Shown: positions 54,221 to 64,000 of the stretch, one piece after another | Numbering within the stretch: the stretch's first letter is position 1 | Layout of the letters: each line of letters opens with the position of its first letter | Assembly: GCA_020137815.1 (NCBI GenBank) | Contig: CM035362.1 | Coordinates: 1-64,000 of the forward strand | Direction of reading: 5' to 3' | Source: Hormiphora californensis | Taxonomy: Eukaryota; Animalia; Ctenophora | Length of the DNA: 64,000 nucleotides | Notes under the pieces: generated by a model | Seen by the model: the letters and a program-made list of their open reading frames with translations, nothing else | What the model was told of the DNA's origin: nothing | Database searches by the model: none | Translations under genes and position numbers: made by a program

Positions 54221-54341
54221 CGAGACAGAGAGCGAGACGAAGCAAAAAAGAGAGAGGAAAAGGAAGAGCAGCTCCGTAGTCAAACAGAGGTTGCTAAGCT
54301 ATCTTCTTTTGCTGATCTGGTACCTGATGAACCTGCTTCAG
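54221..54341 (+). CDS. FAF1: FAF1 exon (coiled coil to the pre-UBX PxEP linker)
   Basis: ctatcag| RDRERDEAKKREEKEEQLRSQTEVAKLSSFADLVPDEPAS |gtatga; UBX exons are expected beyond the window. Confidence 0.85.
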
Positions 54342-55144
54342 GTATGAGATCCTAACAGTAGTAGTAATGAAATACTTGTAAGTGAGAAAACTGCTTCCAA
54401 AAAACGGTTTCGGAAAAGTACTGTAAGAAGACAACCACGCGTGACCAGTCAGAGCGCCAGATTTACACCACGTGTGTCCGGAAAAGTGCTAATCACGTGC
54501 CCTTTTCTGTAAAAGTTCATTTGCTGTGAAACCATCGCGGCGCCTTACTACGTTTAGCACGTCAAAAAACATATTTTTTAGATACGGTATTATTCAGATA
54601 CCGTATTCCCACTACATAACAAGCAGCACTGTGAACTTCTCTTGTTTGATTAAAGTGAGAGTGGACAGAATCAGAATTGGAAAAGTTTGTTGGAGGTTGT
54701 AGAGATAAGTCATAAGCTATATGAGCATTTTGCGTTTTTGCCGCTTAAAATCGACCCATCCATCACTGCCCTAGTAAACACGCTTACGCCGTTAAACGAC
54801 TTCGTTTATGCAACTAACGGCCGCACGTGCAGAATACGACGCCGTTAACGATGTCGTTCTTGCAACTACAAAATACAAATGCGTGGCGCTAAAAAGTTGC
54901 AAAAACGACGTCTTAACAAGGTCGTATTTTGTGTGCGCTGTTAACGGAGTAGAACGACGCCGTTTATGCAACTAACTGTGTCGACTTCAAAAACTTCAAA
55001 AGTATTGATAATTCTTTATTGGCGCTTTTAAAACAATTTTCTGAGCTTTTTAAAGAACATAGACATGTTTAACATGTTAATACATATCATGAAACACAAA
55101 TTTTTCGGCAAAATTGACTTCAAAAGTTGGCTTCATAAATTTTC

Positions 55145-55819
55145 AAAATTTCAGACTTTTAGCTCAAAGTTCATTTTTTTGATCGGAATGAACATTGTCA
55201 GTCATTCCAAAAAAACATGAATTTTTGATCCAGAATTCAAACAATTGTCTTTGGCTGTCGAATTTCTTTCAAATGTGACTAAGAAAATCAAAAACGGGCA
55301 AGCACGAGGCACACAGTGATCATGTTTCTGACAGTTAGTCAGGTCATGTGATCCCCATCGAATCTTGGACTGTTCTAAATTGCTAATCAGGATTAGTTGT
55401 GGAGAATCACGTATCACAGCCGCCAATGCGGGATGACGAAGATGATTGGCCATGAGATCCGAGGCTCATTAACAAGTGGTCTCTTTATCTCAGTGCTTTC
55501 GAATCACATGTCGCTTTTTCGATACACATCCCTCATTAGCGGCTATGATACGTGATTCTTCCCCAATAAGCCTGATTAGCAATTCAGAAAGTTGTCCACG
55601 ATTCGGTGAGGATCACATGACCTGACTCACTGCAAGAAACATGATCAATGTGTGCCTTGTGGTTGTCTGTTTTTGATTTTCTTGGTCGCATTTGAAAGAA
55701 ATTCGATAGCCAAAGACAATTGTTTGACTTTTGGATCAAAAATTCATGTTTTTTGGAATGAATGACATTGTTCATTCCGATCAAAAAAATGAACTTTGAA
55801 CTAAAAGTCTGAAATTTTG
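55145..55819. mobile_element. Long palindromic MITE-like element
   Basis: CAAAATTTCAGACTTTTAG.TCAAAGTTCATTTTTTTGATCGGAATGAAC... is mirrored at ~55770-55819, with pairing extending inward. Confidence 0.7.
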
Positions 55820-55994
55820 GTCAACCTATTTATTTGTCCCATAGAGTAACTCTGCTAAATTTTGGCGCTCTACAATATCTGGAACCATGCTAGTCCAGGG
55901 CGGACATTTTTTATGCCTACATTGTACATATTAACATTTAATAAGTTGATGTAATAAATAGGGACAAATTGAGACTCGTTGATTTTATTTCAGG

Positions 55995-56040
55995 AATAAC
56001 TCGACGTTTCGCCGTTCGACGGCATCATCAGGATAATCTA
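55995..56040 (-). ncRNA. Minimal hammerhead ribozyme of the Penelope-like element
   Basis: Minus strand reads C-CTGATGA-T-GCCGT-CGA-ACGGC-GAAAC-GTC-GAG: catalytic boxes, 5-bp stem II and GUC site; AATAAA about 15 nt downstream. Confidence 0.75.
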
Positions 56041-56143
56041 TAAATGAAATGGGTCACATATTAGTAAAAATAGACGAAATACACGAAATATGATCTATAC
56101 AAAATATACACACGCAAAAACTAGGAACTGAACATTGTACTGA

Positions 56144-57092
56144 CTAGATAATAAACTGTTCAATCGTATCACCTTCTTCTCTCTTGTTAATAGTAGGCAT
56201 TAATAGTTTAATATGGATTGCCTCCATCACCTTCCTTCTCACTGGTTGGTCAAGCCCAGTTTCCAGTATATTGAATTCTAGATCAGGAGGTTCTCCGTCA
56301 TGAATAGTTGAATAGTGTGTCGCGAGAGCTTCATTAGGATAGGTATTGGGCGATATTGCTGCCAATCTATGTTCTTTGAATCTCTCACGACACGGTCGTG
56401 CTGTCTCTCCTACATAAATCTGTTTACATAATTTACACTCAATTTTATATACAACGCCTTTAACTGTACAATCTAGGGTAGGGTGGTTTATGAGGGGGCA
56501 TATGAGGCAGTTAGTGAGGTGACAATGGGGCCTATCATATGGTCGTGATTTACAGAACAAGTTCCGTAACTTGGTTCCTGGGGTGAATACAGTGCGAATA
56601 GGGAGGTTGTGAGAGGTGATAAATGATGTGACGAATTGGGTGAATGATTCACTGATGTATGGAAGTTTGAGTACTGTTGAGTGATCGCGTGATGTGTTTA
56701 TCTTCATAAGGCGTTGTTCAGACAGTTCTCTAGGATTCGGGTATCCGTTGTTCATCAACAGCTTGTCAACAATGTTTCTCGAGTGATCCTGGTGGATAGC
56801 ATTCGATGAACATGTATCTGCTGTTCGGTAGAAACTCCTGATAGTCTGGAGTTTCACAGTTTCCGGGTGATGACTGTTAGCATGGAGTGTGATAGGTTTC
56901 TTCTGAGGTTTCCGGAAGTATCTATGTTCGATGATACTCTCATCAGAAACACGTATCTCAGCATCCAAAAACGGAACCCAATCTCCTTTCTCTGGATAAT
57001 CCACTTCCCACTGTAGAAGTTGGTCGGGGTCCTCTGCTGCTATACTCGCCACCATTGCTTCAGCTTCTACTTTGGATCTGGCAAACGCTCCG
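56144..57092 (-). mobile_element. Penelope-like element: RT C-terminus plus GIY-YIG endonuclease, interrupted by the LTR element
   Basis: VPFLD, YFRKP, HANSHHP, LPYI, GVVYKIECKLC.QIYVGET.R...RFKEH, R.VMEAIHI...P.IN; the frame stays open up to the LTR junction at 57092. Confidence 0.92.
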
Positions 57093-57475
57093 TGTAATAT
57101 TAAAGGTTGAGTGGATGAGGGTCTGTTTTAAGTACTATCAGAACTGCTTAAATAAGGGGTGGTTAAGAGATAGGTAAAACGTACAGAATATAGAAAATAT
57201 AAGAAGTGTCCGGTAGAGAGGGATCGTAACTGATGATTTGACATGTGTCCTGATAGCCCAGGGAGCACAGAGGTGAGAAATATGAGGAAAGAGAAAGGGC
57301 CCCCTAGAGGGGTGTTGACATGCCCTGTAAACGGGGTGACCAGGTTGCGGCTGCAGGGATGCATAAATAGATGCATAATTGATTATAGCCAAATTATGGA
57401 GATAATTGATTGGAAGGCCGACAGTGTCAACTAGGCAGGCTATTGCGATTGAGGATTGATATGATGATTACAACA
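57093..57475 (-). repeat. Putative 3' LTR of the Gypsy/env element
   Basis: Minus strand starts TGTTGTAAT and ends ATATTACA exactly where the Penelope ORF resumes; the second LTR is not in the window. Confidence 0.72.
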
Positions 57476-57492
57476 GATCCCTCTACTTTTAA
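57476..57492 (-). other. Polypurine tract
   Basis: AAAAGTAGAGGGATC immediately before the LTR on the minus strand. Confidence 0.6.
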
Positions 57493-57755
57493 TTTTTTAC
57501 AAATTCTTAAAAATATATATTCTTTTTTTTTTTTCTTTTTTTTTTTTTGTATCTTCTCATGTTTATAAAACAAACTCTGCTTTCACACGTGTTAGATACA
57601 AATCACCTCTTCTTACAACATGCAAATATGTATCATATATAATTGTCTCTACTACTATTTATTGTCCGTACTAAAATCATGATAATTGATAATGATATTG
57701 ATAATATGAAGTCATGATAATTGATAATGATATTGATAATATAGAAGTCTCTCCC

Positions 57756-59450
57756 TTATCCTTCTAAGTTGATATGCAGAAGCGGGTACGAGCTTCTCCA
57801 TACAAAACTGAGTAAGGTTTGGTATTCCTTGGCCGAAGTTGGCGGTGCCATCCGTTGCCTCCGTGCCACCCAATCGCACGCCTCCCTTAGATACTTTGAT
57901 CTTCGGATGACTATACCCCTGATTGCGTCTTTGATTTCTGCGAAATTGACATGTTGATTTTGATTATTATGGAGTTGAGTAACTTCTCCGATGAGAGGAC
58001 TTAAAGACTCGTGTCTTATGAAGTCTCTCTCTATGATGAAAGCTGATTGTCTGACTCGTTTTAGCATTTTGATGACGTCATCTTGGCAATTGATTGGTTG
58101 TGACAATTCCTTCTGGAATACCTTGATTACTTTCTTCCCTAAGCGGTCTGCCCAACTTTGAGGAATAAATTGAGGATTGATTCTGTGATATGAGTAAGTT
58201 TCACCCCATTCATAAAACGGCTTGAATTCATTTTTGATAATTGAGGACTCTGTGACGTCACTGATTTCTGATGGCACTCTGATTTTATAATTAGGTCCAT
58301 CTGATCGTGGTGACGGTTTGGGCATTGATTTTAGGTCACTTCGCAAATTTTTGACGAATTCCACTGGATCAGTATATCCCATCTTGTCCATGGGTCTGTT
58401 GACGTAAGACTTTAGAACTGAAGAAGTGCTTTGATTCTCTTCCCTGATAGTTGAGTCCCTGTAGGATCGCTGTCGTTTTGAGGACCCGGATGATGATGTT
58501 CTGGTTGTGTCACTTGAAGTTGATTCAGTAGTTGAGGAAGGTGTTTGTCTTCTCTTCCCTGATGTCTCACGAGGCGACCGCGGGGGCGGCGGAGGTGGAG
58601 GAGGTGATTCTCGGTGATGACGGGGTGATGGGGGAGGGGGTGGAGGAGCTTGATTTTGATTCTGAACTATTGTAGCCCACGACTTTGATGATTGATTTTG
58701 TGGTCGATTGAAGGTTGATTTTTCCAGAATTTGCAGTTGATTTTTGATGATAGAGACTTCTCTCTCTTTATCTAAGAGTTTTGTACGTAATTCGGCAATT
58801 CTATTTTGTTTTTCGGTACTCATTTCGGTCATTTCAGGGTGTGGCAATTCTGGTATATAGGGTAAAGGCACCCCTTTTGTTACTTGATTGTGCATTGCCA
58901 TTAAGTGATGTGTAGTAATGTTTGAGTATTCCTTGCAATACACCTGATTCCTGATACTTGATTGTGGTTGTAGAACCTTGAGGAAAGACGATATGAGTAG
59001 TTCCCTATGGTACATCCATAAGATCGATTTGATTGTAGGTGATGGAGTTTCTAGAATTGCATATATCAAATTTGAGAAGGGTGTCAGGTCTAGCCTTCCC
59101 ACGATAAGTTCTGACTCAACCTCCTTTAGACAATGAAAGATTTCGCTGTCCGATAGCTTTGCCCAGCCTTTTGCCATGAAATTGAGTATGGTTTTGAGGA
59201 TGGGTGCCAAGCAATGATTATTGATAATTTCCGATAATGATTCTGGATATGAAGCTGATGTTGATGCTACTGGTTCCACGTTAGATTCTGCTGGTCCCAA
59301 GTTAGTTCCTGATGGTCCCAAGTTAGATCCTGAGGCTGTTATTGAGGTTGGTTTTGCTGCTGTATCTCCGTTGTGGGAGGCTGTATCCATAACTTCGTCC
59401 ATTGACGAAGCCGAAGGGGAACGTAGGAGGATTTCCTCCTCTTTTGACAT
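57756..59450 (-). CDS. Uncharacterised 564-aa accessory ORF between env and the 3' LTR
   Basis: Uninterrupted frame from MSKEEEILL; helical region, coiled coil, poly-Pro and Ser/Thr/basic linker, globular-looking C-terminus; no family recognised. Confidence 0.75.
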   Translation of the reverse strand: MSKEEEILLRSPSASSMDEVMDTASHNGDTAAKPTSITASGSNLGPSGTNLGPAESNVEPVASTSASYPESLSEIINNHCLAPILKTILNFMAKGWAKLSDSEIFHCLKEVESELIVGRLDLTPFSNLIYAILETPSPTIKSILWMYHRELLISSFLKVLQPQSSIRNQVYCKEYSNITTHHLMAMHNQVTKGVPLPYIPELPHPEMTEMSTEKQNRIAELRTKLLDKEREVSIIKNQLQILEKSTFNRPQNQSSKSWATIVQNQNQAPPPPPPSPRHHRESPPPPPPPPRSPRETSGKRRQTPSSTTESTSSDTTRTSSSGSSKRQRSYRDSTIREENQSTSSVLKSYVNRPMDKMGYTDPVEFVKNLRSDLKSMPKPSPRSDGPNYKIRVPSEISDVTESSIIKNEFKPFYEWGETYSYHRINPQFIPQSWADRLGKKVIKVFQKELSQPINCQDDVIKMLKRVRQSAFIIERDFIRHESLSPLIGEVTQLHNNQNQHVNFAEIKDAIRGIVIRRSKYLREACDWVARRQRMAPPTSAKEYQTLLSFVWRSSYPLLHINLEG

Positions 59451-59496
59451 TTGAACACTGATAAAATATGTTTTTAATGAGTATTTCTTAAATTTT

Positions 59497-61272
59497 TTAT
59501 GTGATATTAGAACGTGTATCTGATTCATTTGATAAATTAGGATATAAATTATTTTGATCATAAAGTGAGTTTACTCTGAGATCTATAGCTTCATCATATA
59601 CATGATTAGGCAAACAACAGGTACAGCGTCTTCTGATTGCATGGGTAACAACGGCAACAGTATGAGGATTGTATTTATAAGTTAAGAATAGAGCAACGCC
59701 TAAACTGAGTAATATAGCAGGCGCAGTAACTCCTAAGAAAATGTAAAGAGATGTGTGATGATTGTTTTTGGTTTTATTGGATTCTGATTTTTGATGATCG
59801 ATTAGAGGAAGTAATAATTCTTCTGCTGTTTTATTGAGTTCATTACATAAAGATGTTAGTTGGGCTGTTAATTGAGAACTTGTTATATTGTGATTGTAGG
59901 GGAATGAGAATTGGTTTATAATGATTGGTTCTGGTTCTAGGTATGGAGATTCGATGTGAGTTCTGCACACTTGAGCTGCTTTGATGGTGTCCCAGCTGAC
60001 AAATGATGATTTTGATGGAGGAGTTGAAATGGGATTTATGATTCCCTTTTCGCTAATTGAGTATGCCTGATTTCCAAAATTGTCTCTAAAAAGTATGCCT
60101 TGAGGAAGCAGATTATAAGTACACAGAAAAGGACAAGCTTGTTCTCTAGATTGACACTTGATTTCTTCTGATTGTAAACATGATGTTGTATTTAGTATAC
60201 TGTACGTAGGACAAACAAAGAGTGAATTGTGTTGTTTACATGAGTTGATGTCGATGTCCCAAGAGGATGATTTCTTGAGAATAATGTGTTTTGGTAAGTC
60301 ATAGAATAAGCACTGATCTTGAGAATTAGGAATGAAACTGCCAATTTAATGAATTTTATTGATGTCGTACAGTTCATCTGATTTATAGATGACAGGAATG
60401 AGCAATACAAAATGTACTGTTGATAGATTTTGGGCAACATTGATGAGAGATATTTCTGCTACTGAGTAGAGAAGATGAGGATTAGCATAAAAAATGCTAT
60501 TTGATAATTCAGTGTGATTCGAAATAATTAATTCCAGCATTTCTGGACTGATAATAGAAGGATTAAGTGAAATTTTGCTTTTTCCTTCTAATGCTGGACC
60601 AATGATCTTATCTATAATTTGAGTATGCCTCCAGAAGATGTTCTCCATCTCCTGTATAAGGACTTCAGTATGAATTATGCAGTTTGATGAATCGATGTAT
60701 CTGATTAGATTATCATAACTAGATTTGATTAAGGCCACTATATTTTGCTGAATGATTTTTATGGTCATGTTTTGATTGTTGATTTTTTGTTTTAGTTGAG
60801 CTATGATTTGTTTATTTGACTTTAAGTGTTGTTTGAGTCTGATAATTTGGTATTCTGTGATTCCATTGAATACGAGATTGAGAACACTAGGTAAATACTT
60901 TATTATGCTTCTTTGATCTCTCCCTGACTTTTCTTCAAGTTTGATGATATATGGGGAAAGGATATTCAAACGAGTGTTGATGTATTGATCAGCCCGTTGT
61001 ATCCAATGATTTTCTGATGTTTTTAGACGACTGATTTCCTTACTGAATTTGGAGATATATGTTGAGTAACATGGTTTGTGAGATAGAGCGTGATATTTGA
61101 TTCTGTCAATGTCCCCTTTGATATCAGGAAGTTTGATGATAATTGAGATTAATGTTTGAGTGTCTGATATAGCTACTTTACCCAATTTTTCTGCTGATAC
61201 TCCTAATTGAGGATAAACAAAACCTGATGATTCTACCATGTAGGGTAGAAAAACTAATAAAAACCAAAACAT
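59497..61272 (-). CDS. env: Envelope (class I, F-type fusion) glycoprotein with a single in-frame stop
   Basis: Signal MFWFLLVFLPYMVES; RDQR|SIIKYLPSVLNLVFNG cleavage site and fusion peptide; heptad repeat; Cys-rich region; TM LYIFLGVTAPAILLSLGVALFL; Cys-rich tail. ORFs 60346-61440 and 59497-59970 share one frame, joined across TAA 60346-60348. Confidence 0.85.
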
Positions 61273-61853
61273 GTTAGTCTTTGACGAATACGTAGACATA
61301 AAATGAGGAAGTGGGGCATGAGAATATTTCGTGATTTTTAATGATTCTGTTAAGTTTAACGTGTCAAGATAATGATTTTTCGACATGATAAGGTTCCAAG
61401 AATTAGTCACGTAATATTTACTGGAAACTTTTAATTCCATGAATTTGAGAAAATTCTCTGAAATATACGATTAAACTGTGTTGACCAGGAGGCCACGCCC
61501 CGCCGTCCTGCCGCCAATGAGGATATTAGGAACCTGAAACATGCATAGCACCTAGAATCACCCCAAAAATCGTGGGTGATTAGGATTTGTGTATAGATAA
61601 TACAAATACAAAGAATAAAATATCTAAATACCAAATGAAGAAAAGTAAAATAATTACTTTAAATGATGCTAGTCAGGATACTGATTAAATGCATTCAAAA
61701 AGGTTAAAGTGGTACAACCACGTGCGATGTATTCTACAAAATAGTTGAGTACATCGTTAGATAACCTGTGAGTAAATTGACTGAGCATAATAGTATTTCT
61801 AAGAATACGTGTAAAATGGGATTGAATCCCGTGTTCGAGCAAGTTAGAGCTGA

Positions 61854-64000
61854 TTATTTTGATTTTTTGATAGACTCTTTTTTGCTTCTTAGAGGATACT
61901 TGTGACCACTAGTACTACCCTCAGATGATTGAGGATTAGTCTCCTCGTTCTTAGAACTACCTGAACTGACCTTTTTGAGACCTTTAGATTTCTTTGATTT
62001 ATTTGATGATGTGATTGAACTCTGAAATAATTGAGTCTTTTTAGGATTAGGTCGTAGTTCTCTAGGCACTTCAGGTCTTGGTCTTTTGGTTACTACTGAT
62101 ATTTGAGGTGTTGTGGGTACTGAACTTTCTGAGAAAGATCTCTGTCGGACTCCTTGATTACCGGACTCCTCCACCGTGGGAGTAGCTACAGGAGTGTGAA
62201 ACTCTTGAGACGGAGATTTCTCAATATTATTACTTGAGACTGTAGTACTTGATATTTCCGGAGTTTTTAACTCTGGTACCTGAGGACTGTTTTCTGATGA
62301 CTCTGTTCCTAATTCCAAAATAGGAGTTTCAGGACGACCGCTATGATGTTGAGAATCAGCATTAGGAGGTTCATCGTCCATATGCAAAGATTGAGGAGTA
62401 GCAGAAGGTCTGCTAGTGGGTATATTTTCTTGGGATTGAGTGTTGTCATCATTAGCATTATTGATGGAGTCATGAGATTGAGAGTCCATATTGCTGTGTT
62501 GAGAATTGATTGAATCCAGTTGGTGATGAGGAGTATCACGTGAAGCATGAATATGAGTATTCTCAGAATTAGCTTCAGTGTTATCCATAACAGGTATACA
62601 ATTGCCATTTCTAGACCTAGAGCGATCAAGATTAGGATACCAGGACACGTCTGAATCATCCCCGGCATTTCCGGAGTTTGATTGGTTTCCTTTCACATGA
62701 TGTTTTGAGGAAGTGATTAGGTTGTCTGTGATACTCTGCGAATACTTATTATTTTTATTGGGGTAATGTTTGAGTTTTGATATACTGACTACCCTTTCAA
62801 TACCGTTAAAGTTAATTATGTAGTTATGATCATTGATTTTCTCGAGAATTACGTGAGGTCCTGTCCATTTATGAGAATATTTATGATTACGTATATTGAC
62901 AAGGAGCATACAATAATCACCTTTTTCGAAAAACGGACCACGCACATTTTTGTCATATTGATTAGCCATGTATCTCGATTTCGTTTCTGATTGTGAGCTG
63001 ACCTGACGAGCGATGTGTTTAGCATGAGAATATGAGTCATACACGTTTTGATAATCGGGAGAATTGTCTGGAACAAAGAAATCCCTGGGAGTTCTAGCTT
63101 CCTGACCAAAAACGAGGAAGTTAGGAGAGAATCCAGTGCGATTTGATTGAAGACAATTGAGTGTAAATATAATCCAATCGATATATAGATCATATTTATG
63201 AAAATTCTGATTATTGAGAATTGCTCTGAAGCAAGCATTGATGCGTTTGTGACAAGATTCTACTCTGCCTTGGGTTGATGATTTCCATGGAGTAGATCTG
63301 ACATTATGTATACCAAATGATTTACAAGTTTCTTTGAAGAGAGTTGATTCGAAACCTGATCCTTGATCGTGCGTAATTTTGGAAGGGATTCCAAACTTAC
63401 AAAACCAATGTTTAATGAGAACATTTATTGTGTTATTAGCGCTTGTTGACCTAACAGGTACACACACTAGATACGAGCTGTACATGTCTACAATTGTGAG
63501 GAGTGCTACATGACCTCTTGGAGTTGGTTTCTTAGTAGGTTCCAAGTGATCAATTTGAATACACTGATTAAAATGATGATAAATCTGAGGTTTTAGAGGA
63601 GCTTTGAGAAATTTTGAGGTTGGTTTAGTGCGCTGACAAGTGACACAAGCACTTACATACAGCTTAATTTCTTCTTTTATTTTGTAAAAGAAATAATGTT
63701 TTGAGATTTGCTGATAAGTTTTTTGCACACCCATATGACAACTTTGTATGGTATCATGATATAAATACAGAGCTCTTTTGATAAGAGTTTGAGGAAGAAT
63801 GGTAGCAAAATGATATTTATGAGGATCCGAATTTGAGAATATTTTCATTTGCAAGATTCCATCCTGCAATCTGAGAAATTCGAAATTTCGATAATAATAC
63901 CACAATTCTTTGTGACATTGATTGGGATTGAGTTTTGGTAATTCTGAAGAATCTATCCAATTGATAACTTCATTGATAATTGAGTCATTTTGATATTCTT
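61854..64000 (-). CDS. pol: Ty3/Gypsy Pol C-terminus: integrase with a long low-complexity tail
   Basis: HHCC (YHD...HMG...CVTC), D-D-E (IQIDH, THDQG, GRVES), GPY/F-type WTGPH; the frame is open to the window edge. Confidence 0.95.
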   Translation of the reverse strand, partial: EYQNDSIINEVINWIDSSELPKLNPNQCHKELWYYYRNFEFLRLQDGILQMKIFSNSDPHKYHFATILPQTLIKRALYLYHDTIQSCHMGVQKTYQQISKHYFFYKIKEEIKLYVSACVTCQRTKPTSKFLKAPLKPQIYHHFNQCIQIDHLEPTKKPTPRGHVALLTIVDMYSSYLVCVPVRSTSANNTINVLIKHWFCKFGIPSKITHDQGSGFESTLFKETCKSFGIHNVRSTPWKSSTQGRVESCHKRINACFRAILNNQNFHKYDLYIDWIIFTLNCLQSNRTGFSPNFLVFGQEARTPRDFFVPDNSPDYQNVYDSYSHAKHIARQVSSQSETKSRYMANQYDKNVRGPFFEKGDYCMLLVNIRNHKYSHKWTGPHVILEKINDHNYIINFNGIERVVSISKLKHYPNKNNKYSQSITDNLITSSKHHVKGNQSNSGNAGDDSDVSWYPNLDRSRSRNGNCIPVMDNTEANSENTHIHASRDTPHHQLDSINSQHSNMDSQSHDSINNANDDNTQSQENIPTSRPSATPQSLHMDDEPPNADSQHHSGRPETPILELGTESSENSPQVPELKTPEISSTTVSSNNIEKSPSQEFHTPVATPTVEESGNQGVRQRSFSESSVPTTPQISVVTKRPRPEVPRELRPNPKKTQLFQSSITSSNKSKKSKGLKKVSSGSSKNEETNPQSSEGSTSGHKYPLRSKKESIKKSK

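Noticed and set aside
60192-60440. ORF suggesting a frameshift in env
   Set aside because: Manual translation shows env continues in its own frame after a single TAA; this ORF is a shadow frame.
61431-61860. Short hydrophobic frames between pol and env
   Set aside because: Mostly lack an ATG, are short, and lie in T-rich sequence that yields hydrophobic codons by chance.

Overview
Repeat-dense animal genomic DNA with spliced genes, microsatellites, many MITEs and one 100-nt N gap. The repeat families remind me of a Pleurobrachia-like ctenophore, but that is an unverified inference. Host genes: the first coding exon of a BPNT1-like gene (minus, 3883-4093) and nine phase-consistent exons of a FAF1-like UBL-UAS-coiled-coil gene (plus, 23875-54341; 5' exons and UBX exons not found). 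Retroelements: a disrupted CRE-clade element (minus), a head-to-tail run of three CR1-like LINEs plus a fourth LINE fragment, and a Penelope-like element carrying a minimal hammerhead ribozyme. Inserted into that Penelope element is the 3' half of a retrovirus-like Gypsy element with integrase, an F-type env gene (one in-frame stop), an unexplained 564-aa ORF after env, a PPT and an LTR. The most interesting candidates are this extra-ORF envelope-bearing element and a small antisense gene nested in a FAF1 intron, predicted to encode a secreted CX3C-X18-CX3C peptide precursor. All calls were made by eye, and repeat boundaries are approximate.
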